In this document: one piece after another, positions 51,601 through 60,344 of the stretch
Numbering within the stretch: position 1 is the first letter of the stretch
Layout: every line of letters starts with the position of its first letter
Assembly: GCA_963773405.1 (NCBI GenBank)
Contig: CAVZAQ010000005.1
Span: 133,113-197,112, forward strand
Source of the DNA: an uncultured Chloroflexia bacterium
Lineage (GTDB): Bacteria; Chloroflexota; Limnocylindria; QHBO01
DNA: 64,000 bases
Direction: 5' to 3'
The notes under the pieces: generated by a model
What the model saw: only the letters and a program-made list of their open reading frames with translations
Database searches by the model: none
What the model was told of the DNA's origin: nothing
Made by a program: the position numbers and the translations under genes

Positions 51601-52293
51601 GGCTACGGGGGCCTGGACCAGGTCCTCTCGTCGGGCCGCAACGTGAACATCCTGGTCCTCGACACGGAGGTCTACTCGAACACCGGCGGCCAGTCGTCGA
51701 AGGCGACGCCGCGCGGCGCCGTCGCCAAGTTCGCGGCCGCCGGGAAGGGAACGGCCAAGAAGGACCTCGGCGCGATTGCCCGCTCCTACGGCAACGTCTA
51801 CGTCGCCCAGGTCTCGATGGGCGCCAACGACCTGCAGACCACCAAGGCCCTGCTGGAGGCCGACGCCTGGCCGGGCCCCTCGCTCGTCATCGCCTACAGC
51901 ACCTGCATCGCGCACGGGATCGACATGGGCAAGTCCATGTCGCACCAGAAGGACGCCGTGAAGAGCGGGTACTGGCCGCTCTATCGCTTCCATCCGTCGG
52001 AGGCCGAGGGTGGCCGGCCCTTCAAGCTCGACTCGGGGGCTCCCTCGATCCCGGTTGCCGCGTTCGCGGCGACCGAGGCGCGCTTCGCGTTCCTGCAGCG
52101 GACCCATCCCGAACGTGCCGCGGAGCTCGCTGCGCTGGCCCAGGCCGATGCGGACGAGCGATGGCGCTACTACGAGCAGCTGGCGGGCATCGAGCGCACC
52201 GTCCCGCACATCACGCAGCCCGACCCGGGCGTCGAGCCCGAGGTCGAGAGCGATGCGGGCTATCGCCACGAGGGTGAGGAGGATCCGGAATGA
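48641..52293 (+). CDS. nifJ: pyruvate:ferredoxin/flavodoxin oxidoreductase, single-chain NifJ type; indels near 48720 and 50400
   Basis: MDGNEAAA, YPITP, EMQSEAGAAG, FFDGFRTSHE, GGRYGLSSKE, CIDCGKCAMVCPH, CTGCGVCVDICP, GACAGCGET, NATGCSSIYG, GGDGWAYDIG, YSNTGGQ. Confidence 0.95.
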
Positions 52294-53337
52294 CCATCGA
52301 CCTTCGCTCCCGCTACCTGGGCCTGGAGCTCCGTTCGCCCATCGTCGCCTCCGCGGCGCCGCAGAACGGGGAGCCGGAGATGGCCCGCCGGCTCGAGGCC
52401 GCCGGCGTCGGGGCCATCGTCCTCCCCTCGCTCTTCGAGGAGGAGATCCTCGCCGAGGAGCTCGGCATCAACCAGACCCTGGAGCAGGGCACGGAGCTCT
52501 TTGCCGAGGCCCTCGACTACTTCCCGGCGGTCGAGGGGTTCGTCGGCGCGGCTGACCGGTACGTCGCCATGGTCGAGCAGGTCAAGGCAGCGACCGGGGT
52601 GCCCATCATCGCCAGCCTCAATGCCACGAACACCGGTGCCTGGGTTCGCTACGCGCGCCTCATCCAGTCGGCGGGCGCCGATGCGCTCGAGCTGAACCTG
52701 TACCACGTCGCCGGTGACCCGCAGCGCAACGCCGACGGACATGGAGGCTGCCGACCTCGCGCTGATCGCTGCGGTCCGCGAGGCGGTCACCATCCCGCTC
52801 GCGGTCAAGCTCAGCCCCTACTACTCCGCCTTCGCCAACTTCGCCTCTGCGGCCACCGCAGCCGGCGCCGATGGGCTCGTCCTGTTCAACCGCTTCTACC
52901 AGCCGGACTTCGACCTCGAGGCGCTCGAGGTCGTGCCGCGGCTCGAGCTGAGCCAGCAGTGGGAGCTGCGGCTGCCGGTGCGCTGGATCGCGATGCTGCG
53001 GCCGCAGCTCGGCCGCGAGGTCTCGCTGGCCGCCACCTCGGGCGTGCAGAGCCGGGGCCGATGTCGTCAAGGCCCTCATGGTCGGTGCCGACGTGGTGAT
53101 GATGACCTCCGCCCTCCTGCGTCATGGCCCGGAGCACGTTCGCCAGGTGGAGGCGGAGCTGCAGGCCTGGACCACGGAGCACGAGTACGAATCGGTTGCG
53201 CAGCTGCGGGGCAGCGCCAGCCAGGCAACCGCGGAGAACCCGTCCGCGTTCGAGCGGGCCAACTACATGCGGACGATTCGATCCTGGGTCACGCCGCCCG
53301 AGCTCACCGCGACATCGGGACCAGGCCGACGGAGTAG
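52290..53337 (+). CDS. dihydroorotate dehydrogenase-like flavoprotein (NifJ-associated); indels
   Basis: DLRSRYLGLELRSPIVASA, GAIVLPSLFEE, PIIASLN, ELNLY, PLAVKLSPY, LFNRFYQPD, AATSGV, FERANYM. ATGA overlap with nifJ. Confidence 0.85.
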
Positions 53338-53397
53338 CGCGACCGCGGGCGCAACCCGATGGCGTGCCTATGACCGGGGGGCCGACGCCCTCGTGGT

Positions 53398-54768
53398 TCA
53401 CAACGCCCGCGGATGCCCTCCCGCGCGCCAGTGCGCCTCGATGTCTTCGAGGCTTCTTCCCCGCGTTTCCGGCACCAGGAGGAACGCGAAGACCCACGCC
53501 CCAACGGTGACGATGCCGTACAACCAGAACGTCGGAGCTCTGCCCAGGGCCTGTGTGAGCGTCAGGAACGAGAGCGCCACGATCAGGTTGGCGCTCCAGT
53601 TGGCGACCGTCCCGACGCTCATGGCCCGACCTCGAACGCGCAGCGGGTAGATCTCCGAGAGCATCAGCCAGAACACCGGCCCGAGCCCCACGGCGAATGA
53701 ACCAACGTAGGTCATGAGGCCTATCACCGCGATCCACCCAAGGCTGCCGGCCAGCCCCGGAAGGGCGAACGCCAGCCCCAGCACGAACAGGCTCAGCGCC
53801 ATCCCGCCAGGCTGACCAGCAGGAGCGGTCGTCGTCCGACCCGGTCGATCAGCTGCATGGCCACCAACGTCAGGAGGACGTTGACGATTCCAACGCCGAC
53901 GCTGGCCAGGATCGCCACTGACGCCGAGGAGAATCCGGCGAAGTTCAGGATCGTCGGGGCGTAGTAGATGACCGTGTTGATGCCGGTGATCTGCTGCGCA
54001 ATGGCCAGTCCGATGCCCACGATCATCGCCGGGCGCAGGAGCGGACTGAGCAGCTCGGACCAGTGCCCCTTCTGCTGCGCCACGCTGTGCCGGATCTCGG
54101 TGAGCTCCCCGTCCACCTGTTCTTCGCTGCGAAGCCTGCTTCAGGACGGCCCGGGCCTGGTCGGGGTGTCCGCGGCCGACCAGCCATCGCGGGCTGTCCG
54201 GGATGAACAGCAGCCCGGCGGCAAATGCAGCCGCCGGAATCACGGCCAGCGCGAACATCAACCGCCAGGCCTGCGACCCGGCGAACGCATAGTCGATGCC
54301 ATAGGAGATCACGATGCCGCTGGTGAGGGCGACCTGATTGATCGACACGAGCTTTCCGCGGATCGCAATCGGGGCGATCTCGGAGATATAGAGGGGCGCC
54401 ACGAACGAGGCCGTGCCGATGGCGGCACCGGCGACGACACGGGCGATCACCAGCCATGCTGTGCCTGGTGCCAGCGCCGCACCGATGGCACCCGTCGCAA
54501 ACACGACCGCGGTGACGATCAGGAGCCTGCGACGTCCGAGACGGTCGGCCAGGAGGCCACCGACGACCGCGCCAAGGAGCGATCCGAGCAGGACCGAACT
54601 GACGACGAGCTCTTCGAGGCCGGGAGATAGGGAGAAGTCGGTCTTGATGAACAGGATGGCCCCGGAGATGACGCCGATGTCGTAGCCGAACAGCATGCCG
54701 CCCAGTGCCGAGACGGCGGTGGCGAGGTAGACGAGGCGCTTCCCATCCGGCCTGGTCTCGGTGTTCAT
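53398..54768 (-). CDS. sugar porter family MFS transporter; compensating indels
   Basis: GMLFGYDIGVISG, ADRLGRR, YISEIAP, PDSPRWL, QQITGINTVIYY, DRVGRR, SEIYP, PETRGRSLE. Confidence 0.92.
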   Translation of the reverse strand: MNTETRPDGKRLVYLATAVSALGGMLFGYDIGVISGAILFIKTDFSLSPGLEELVVSSVLLGSLLGAVVGGLLADRLGRRRLLIVTAVVFATGAIGAALAPGTAWLVIARVVAGAAIGTASFVAPLYISEIAPIAIRGKLVSINQVALTSGIVISYGIDYAFAGSQAWRLMFALAVIPAAAFAAGLLFIPDSPRWLVGRGHPDQARAVLKQASQRRTGGRGAHRDPAQRGAAEGALVRAAQSAPAPGDDRGHRTGHCAADHRHQHGHLLRPDDPELRRILLGVSGDPGQRRRWNRQRPPDVGGHAADRPGRTTTAPAGQPGGMALSLFVLGLAFALPGLAGSLGWIAVIGLMTYVGSFAVGLGPVFWLMLSEIYPLRVRGRAMSVGTVANWSANLIVALSFLTLTQALGRAPTFWLYGIVTVGAWVFAFLLVPETRGRSLEDIEAHWRAGGHPRAL

Positions 54769-57254
54769 CAGGGCGATCCGGCAGGTGCGATCCGCGCCGC
54801 GCCCGGGGCGTCCGGGCGCTCGGCCGAGGGGCTGACTTCGACGCGCAGATCACGGCCCTCCCAGCGGCCGGCCCCGGCCACCAGAACGTGAAGTCCACCG
54901 CTTGACCGGGCACCAGCCCGCCCGAACCGGGCACGTCGGCCACCCATACTCCGAGGCCCGTGTCGCGAGCATCGAGATCGGCCCAGCTGTGGCGGGCGTC
55001 GATGGAGTAATGGACCCGTGCCGGAGCCGTCAGCTCCAGGCGCAAGGTGCGACCAGCCGCCAGGGAGGGCCGCGGCGCCGTGAACCGCCAGGTCGCGCGG
55101 GTCGCCGTTGGGGCCCGGCCGCGGTAGCGCCTCCAGGCGGCCTCGGGACGATCGATGGCATGGCCCAGGGCGATCGAGCGGACCAGCTTCACGTACTCGG
55201 CGTGAGCCCACGCCAGCGGCATCGCCGAGCCGCTCGGCCGCCCGGGGGCCAGGCCGCGCTCCGCGATCGGGTCGGCATCCCAGACCTGCTCGGGCAGCAT
55301 GCCCCCGCCCGAGGCCATGCGCCGCATCGTCTCGAGGTACGGCCGTGCGTCGCGCCCGGCGTCCAGCTCGTAGTGGCCACGCTCGCCGACCAGGATCGGC
55401 CAGCCGCGACCGATCCCCGTTCCGTCGTACGCGCTCCCGTCTGCGTGCTCGCCGTAGCCGTCGCCGTTGTAGCGGTGCCAGACGGGACCGCTCGGCGTCT
55501 CCGTCCGGAGGATGGCATCCGCGACCGCGAGGCTCGAGACGATCCGGGGATCGTCGGGCAGGCGGAGCCCGAACCGCACCAGCGACAGGAAGTCCGTGCC
55601 GACCATCTCGTCGGCTGGCGTTAGCGATGCCTCCGCCGGTCGGTTCCGCACCGTGACCGCCGTGGAGATGGGCGCACCGGCAAGGACATCCGGCGAGGCA
55701 ATCCGCACGTAGTAGCCGTCCACGCCATGCGCGCGGGCGAGGGCGGTGCCGCGGACGTACGTCCAGTCCTCGATCGAGGCGTTCCAGTCGTCGGCGAGCT
55801 CGAGGCAGTACGAGGCGGCCGGTTCGGCCAGGTGTCCGGCGGCGACCACGAGGGCGGCGACAACCGGCGCCAGGGTGGATGGGCAGAGGCCCGCGGTCTC
55901 CTCCCAGCGGTCCTGTCCGGTGGCGGGGCCGGTCCGGGCGATGAAGCCGGCAGCTCGCACGATCATCGCGGTCGAGCGCCGTCTTCGTGACGAGGCTCTC
56001 GAAGATCGCCGCATCGGAACCCGTCCGGCCGTGCATGTGGGAGGCGCCCGTGTCAAGCGCCCCCGCCAGCAGGAGCGGATAGGCGGTCTCGTCGAGCTGC
56101 ATCCCGTTCCAGTGGGGGTCGCCGTCCACCCACTGATTCTGCGGCCAATGGCCGTCGGGCTCCTGTGACGCGACCAGGTAGGCAAGTGTGCGCCGCGCGG
56201 TCGCCTCGGCGCCCAGCGCGACGAACGCGCCTGCCGACTCGACGAGGTCGCGCGACCAGACCAGGTGATAGCCGCCCAGGTCGTTGCGGGTGTTGCCCCA
56301 CGGGATCGACAGGCTGGCAACCGTCGCCCCCGGAAGGGTTCGGTCCTGGAGGGACCGGAGAACCGACGCCGACGTCAAGTACAGGTCACGGTCCTCCTGT
56401 CGCAGACCGGATGGGGGTTCCACAACCGTCCGGACGAAGGCGTGCCAGTTGCCGACGTACTCGTCCCAGGCACTCTGGAAGTGGCCGGCCAGTGCGGCGC
56501 ACGCCTGCAGCCCGGCCTCGTCGGCCCGGGCGCCGAATGCCAGGGCGAGCTGGACCGCGCCTCCGTCGAGGACCAGCTCGGTCATGCCGGCGACATTGCC
56601 GGCATCGGTGTGCGTGTGCGTCCAGGTCATCCGGCCGTTCGCCGCGAAATCCTGCCATCCGTCCGACGTTCCAACGTATCCCACGCTCTGGCGGGCCGGG
56701 CCGGGGTCGGATGCCAGCGCCAGGGCCCACTGGCCGTTCTGCGCGAATAGCATCGCTCTACCCTTGTACTCGCCCGACCAGGCGTGGCCACTGAGGCCCC
56801 CGAACCCCAGGTGAGGCGCGAGCAGCGGGTACAGCCTGAGCGGATGGGCCACCCGGTCGGGATCGGCCGCGTCGCGGCGATCCGTGAGTCGCGCCTCGAT
56901 GCGGACGACGTCGGCGTGGTCGTCAGCGCAGATCCGCAGCGTCAGCTCGTACCGCGGGTGGCTGTGCACGGCCGTGATCGCCGGCACGCCCGGCGCCTCC
57001 TGCCGGACGGCGTGGCTGGCATCCCGTTTGACCTCGCTCCAGAAGCCGGCGTCGTCGGCGACGATGAAGCCCAGGTCGCGGACCTGGGGCCGGTCCACGT
57101 GCGGCCAGTAGACCTCGTTCAGGACGCCGTGCCCGATCGTGAACCAGACTCGACTCGCATAGTGGGATGTCCCGACCGTGTCCTTGTCGCTGCTGGACCA
57201 GGTCGGCGCGCTTCCGGGCGGACCGGGGGCGACCGTGCCATCTGAATCGTTCAT
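54768..57254 (-). CDS. GH15 glucan 1,4-alpha-glucosidase (glucoamylase/glucodextranase-like); compensating indels
   Basis: APGPPGSAPTWSSSDK, VWFTIGHGVLNEVYWP, ASLSIPWG, GYHLVWSRD, QLDETA, QDRWEE, RYNGDGYGE, GRGWPILVGER, LPEQVWD, SAMPLAWAHAEY. Confidence 0.92.
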   Translation of the reverse strand: MNDSDGTVAPGPPGSAPTWSSSDKDTVGTSHYASRVWFTIGHGVLNEVYWPHVDRPQVRDLGFIVADDAGFWSEVKRDASHAVRQEAPGVPAITAVHSHPRYELTLRICADDHADVVRIEARLTDRRDAADPDRVAHPLRLYPLLAPHLGFGGLSGHAWSGEYKGRAMLFAQNGQWALALASDPGPARQSVGYVGTSDGWQDFAANGRMTWTHTHTDAGNVAGMTELVLDGGAVQLALAFGARADEAGLQACAALAGHFQSAWDEYVGNWHAFVRTVVEPPSGLRQEDRDLYLTSASVLRSLQDRTLPGATVASLSIPWGNTRNDLGGYHLVWSRDLVESAGAFVALGAEATARRTLAYLVASQEPDGHWPQNQWVDGDPHWNGMQLDETAYPLLLAGALDTGASHMHGRTGSDAAIFESLVTKTALDRDDRASCRLHRPDRPRHRTGPLGGDRGPLPIHPGAGCRRPRGRRRTPGRTGRLVLPRARRRLERLDRGLDVRPRHRPRPRAWRGRLLRADCLAGCPCRCAHLHGGHGAEPTGGGIANASRRDGRHGLPVAGAVRAPPARRSPDRLEPRGRGCHPPDGDAERSRLAPLQRRRLRRARRRERVRRNGDRSRLADPGRRAWPLRAGRRARRTAVPRDDAAHGLGRGHAARAGLGCRPDRGARPGPRAAERLGDAAGVGSRRVREAGPLDRPGPCHRSSRGRLEALPRPGPNGDPRDLAVHGAAALPGGWSHLAPGADGSGTGPLLHRRPPQLGRSRCSRHGPRSMGGRRARFGRAGARSSGGLHVLVAGAGRWEGRDLRVEVSPSAERPDAPGAARIAPAGSP

Positions 57255-57508
57255 GCGGCGGCACGGGCGGCTGCGGAGAGTGGAATCATGGTCGGCCCTG
57301 TGACCTCGGGGTGTCCTCTGGAGCAGGCCCCAGATTGATCTGTGTGCGATAGGCGGACAGGGCGGGATCGTCCGGAGCAGAACGTCCTCAGCGCCGCGGA
57401 CGATCGACGCGCATGGACGTCTCCCATCCTACCCACATCAACGGGGGTAGGCGCGAGAGGCGAGGTTTGCGCTCGCCCATGGCGTCGATCGGGGGCTCCC
57501 CCGGCGCG

Positions 57509-58493
57509 TCAGCGGAAGGCGGAGATGATCTGGTCGTTGATCAGGTCGAGCTGGTCGAGCTGATCGCTGGTCGGGCCCAGCACGACGTATTCGCAGCCGG
57601 CCTCCTCGAGGTCCTTGAGCCTGGCGACGATGTCGTCCGGCGTCCCCAGCAGGTAGCACTCCTGCAGGTGCTGGAAGGTCCGATGGGTTCCCATCACCTG
57701 CTCGAAGTAGCCGCGCTGGATCTCGTGCGCCTTGTCGCGGTTCGCGGTGTCCACGATGTACGTGAAGTTGGTGTGCGCGAACTTCAGCGAGCTCACCGGT
57801 CGCCCGCGTTCTGCGAGCCCTTCCTTGATCTGGGCCCAGTCGCGCTTGATCCACTCCTGGCTGCCCGAGCAGCGGCTGATCCAGGCATCGGCGTCCAGGA
57901 TCCGGTTCAGCACGGCCTTGGAGAGCACCGGCAGGTCGTGGTACTCCGGGTCGGGAATCCGCGAGCCACCGGCGACCCACACCTCGGGCATCTTCGGCGG
58001 GCGCGGCTCGATGGTCACGTCCTCGAACTGGTAGTACTTCCCCGTCGAAGCTGACGTGGTCCCCGGTCAGCAGGAGCCGGACCGCGGCGAGGATCTCGTC
58101 CGTGCGCTTGCCTCGCTCCTCGATCCGCGTCCCCACCGCGCGGAACTCGTCCGGATCCCAGCCACCGCCAATGCCGAACATGAACTTCCCGCCGGTCAGG
58201 TAGTCGAGCGTGGCGATCTCCTTGGCGAGAATCACCGGGTTGCGCAGCGGGAGGACCAGGATCCCGGTGCCGTACCGGACGTCCGGCGCGAGCGCGGCGG
58301 CGTAGGTGAGCGTGGTCATCGGCTCAAGCCAGGGCATGCCATAGAGGCCGGGCGCGTGGAGCAGGTGGTCGATCACCCACAGGTCGATGCCCAGGTCGTT
58401 CGCCTTGCGCGCGAAATCGCCGACCTCCGCATGGGCGCGCTGGTAGGAGAGATCGGGATAGCAGTAGGACGGAATCCAGACGCCGAACTTCAT
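57509..58493 (-). CDS. LLM-class flavin-dependent oxidoreductase; indel near 58035
   Basis: MKFGVWIP, LWVIDHLL, LEPMTTL, LPLRNPVILAKEIATLDYLTGG, then PEVWVAGGS and GTPDDIVARL. Confidence 0.88.
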
Positions 58494-58870
58494 TGTGCTC
58501 GTGGCTCCTGTGCGGAAGGTGCGGACTCGAAGGTGCGGACCTCGAACGTGATGCAGCCGTCGGGGGCCCGCCACGGACCGTGCGGCATCCTCGGGGGCCG
58601 GCAGGCGTACATCCCGGCGCGGAAGGTCCTGTCCATGCCCCAGGTCGTGGATCGCCCCGGAGACGATCCAGATCTCCTCCCAGAAGTCGTGCCGCTGCAG
58701 GCCAGGCCGGCGAGGTGTCGGTGCCGGGCTCGAACTTGAGCAGGCGCGTGTAGCTGCCGGTCACGTCGTCGCGCGCCAGGGTCATCTCGGACAGCCCCTC
58801 GCACGCCGGGAACGGGTGTCCAGGCGTACCGCTCCTCGGGATCGAAGAACTCAAGCTCCGGTTTCGGCAT
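58490..58870 (-). CDS. cupin domain protein (ChrR/Cupin_7-like); indels
   Basis: Joined frames read MPKPELEFFDP...TRLLKFEPGTDT...HDFWEEIWIVSG...GMYACRPPRMPHGPW, with H..E and H cupin ligands. Confidence 0.8.
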   Translation of the reverse strand: MPKPELEFFDPEERYAWTPVPGVRGAVRDDPGARRRDRQLHAPAQVRARHRHLAGLACSGTTSGRRSGSSPGRSTTWGMDRTFRAGMYACRPPRMPHGPWRAPDGCITFEVRTFESAPSAQEPRAQ

Positions 58871-58882
58871 GGTCCAACCTCT

Positions 58883-59558
58883 TCAGTCGAGCAGGTCGCT
58901 GGACCTCGACGGCGTACGCCACCGCGAGGTGCATGCCAAGGAGTTCGTCGGCGAGCTCCACGCGGAAGCGCGAGGCGTACTCGAGCTCACCGGCCAGCGG
59001 GATCGTCCCGCTGAAGACCAGCACGTCGTCGAGCGGGCGCCCGGTCCGGGCGGCGACCAGGCGCAGGATCTCCTCGGGGTCGAGGAGCGAGGTCACCGGT
59101 CCCTCCTGGTACGGGCGATCCGGCGTCATCGCCGAACGAGCGGAGGATGACGTGGTCCCAATGCGGATCGCATCTCGGCGAGGCGCCAGACCCGGTCGCC
59201 GACAACCTTTCGGCACAGCTGCTTCGACTTCGCGACGTCCTCGCGTTCGATGGCGCGGTCGGTGTGGTCGCTGCCGACCCCCACGAACAGCTCCCGCCGC
59301 ACTGAAAGAGGATGAACTCGCCCTCGCCGGAGGTGTGGCCGCCCAGGACGGCGATGCGGTCGCTCGTCACCACCAGCTCGGGGGTGACCCGGTAGAAGGC
59401 GGGGACGCGCTTCGGAGCGCGGCACGCCGTGCTCGGCGAGCTCCTCCACGTGGCGGCGAACCGCGTCCTGGTCGCGCCCGGTGTACCCGGCCAGCACCAC
59501 GTCGCGCGGTTCGAAGTCGATCTCCGGCGCCGGAATCGGCCTCCGTGAAGCGGATCAC
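58883..59558 (-). CDS. DUF2848 family protein (FAH-like fold); several indels
   Basis: LAGYTGRD..HVEELAEHGV, TSGEGE, VGVGSDHTDR, SKQLC, YQEG, VFSGTIP across frames. Confidence 0.82.
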
Positions 59559-60341
59559 CGCGATGGTTCCCGGTCGAGCACCCGGTCGTCCAGCTGGCGG
59601 AACTCGGCGCGTACCTGCCCCACCATGCCGGGATCGATGGTTGCGGCCAGGACCGTGGGCTGGAAGCCGGCAGCCGCGACCGCGGTTCCCCACGGGTCGA
59701 CGATCATGCTTCGGCCGCAGTAGCCCGGCCCCGGACCCGCCGGCGCAGTTGGCGGAGATCAGCCAGACCTGGTTCTCCAGTGCGCGCGCCCGGTTGAGGA
59801 TCGTCCATGCCTCCACGCGCGGGTGCGGCCAGGCCGACGGGACCAGGAACATCATCGCTCCGCGGTCGAGCATGGCCCGGTACAGCTCCGGGAAGCGCAG
59901 GTCGTAGCAGGTCGAGATGCCGACCCTGCCGAACTCCGTCTCGATGACGGCCGGCTGCGTGCCGCGGGTCAGCACCTCCGGCTCGCGCGAGCCGTAGCCG
60001 AAGAGGTGGATCTTGCGGTAGGTCCCCGCGATCTCGCCCGTGCGGTCGAGGAGAACCGCGGTGTTGTGCAGCTGGTCCCCGTCGCGCTCCACGATCGAAC
60101 CGCCCAGCACCCAGGCGCCCACCCGGCGCGCGGCGTCCGCCATGCGCGACACGGTCGGCCCGTCCAGGGTCTCCGCCTGGGCCGCATAGTCGTCGAAGTT
60201 GAAGTAGCCGACGTTCCAGATCTCCGGCAGCAGCACGAGGTCCGCGCCGGCCTGCTGCTCGACCAGGGTCGCCGCCCGTGCGACGCGCTCCTCCTTCGTC
60301 TCCCCCGGGGGAATCTCGAGCTGGATGCTCGCCACGCGCAT
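59555..60341 (-). CDS. carbon-nitrogen hydrolase (nitrilase superfamily, amidase-like); indel near 59720
   Basis: Catalytic triad LPEIW / YRKIHLF / TCYDLRFPE. PSAWP, RARALENQ. Confidence 0.9.
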
Positions 60342-60344
60342 GGC

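Noticed and set aside
57402-57490. c-di-GMP-I riboswitch (GCAAACC and CCTA...TAGG on the minus strand)
   Set aside because: There is no GNRA-capped first stem and the conserved spacing is absent. It is kept only as an unassigned structured element.
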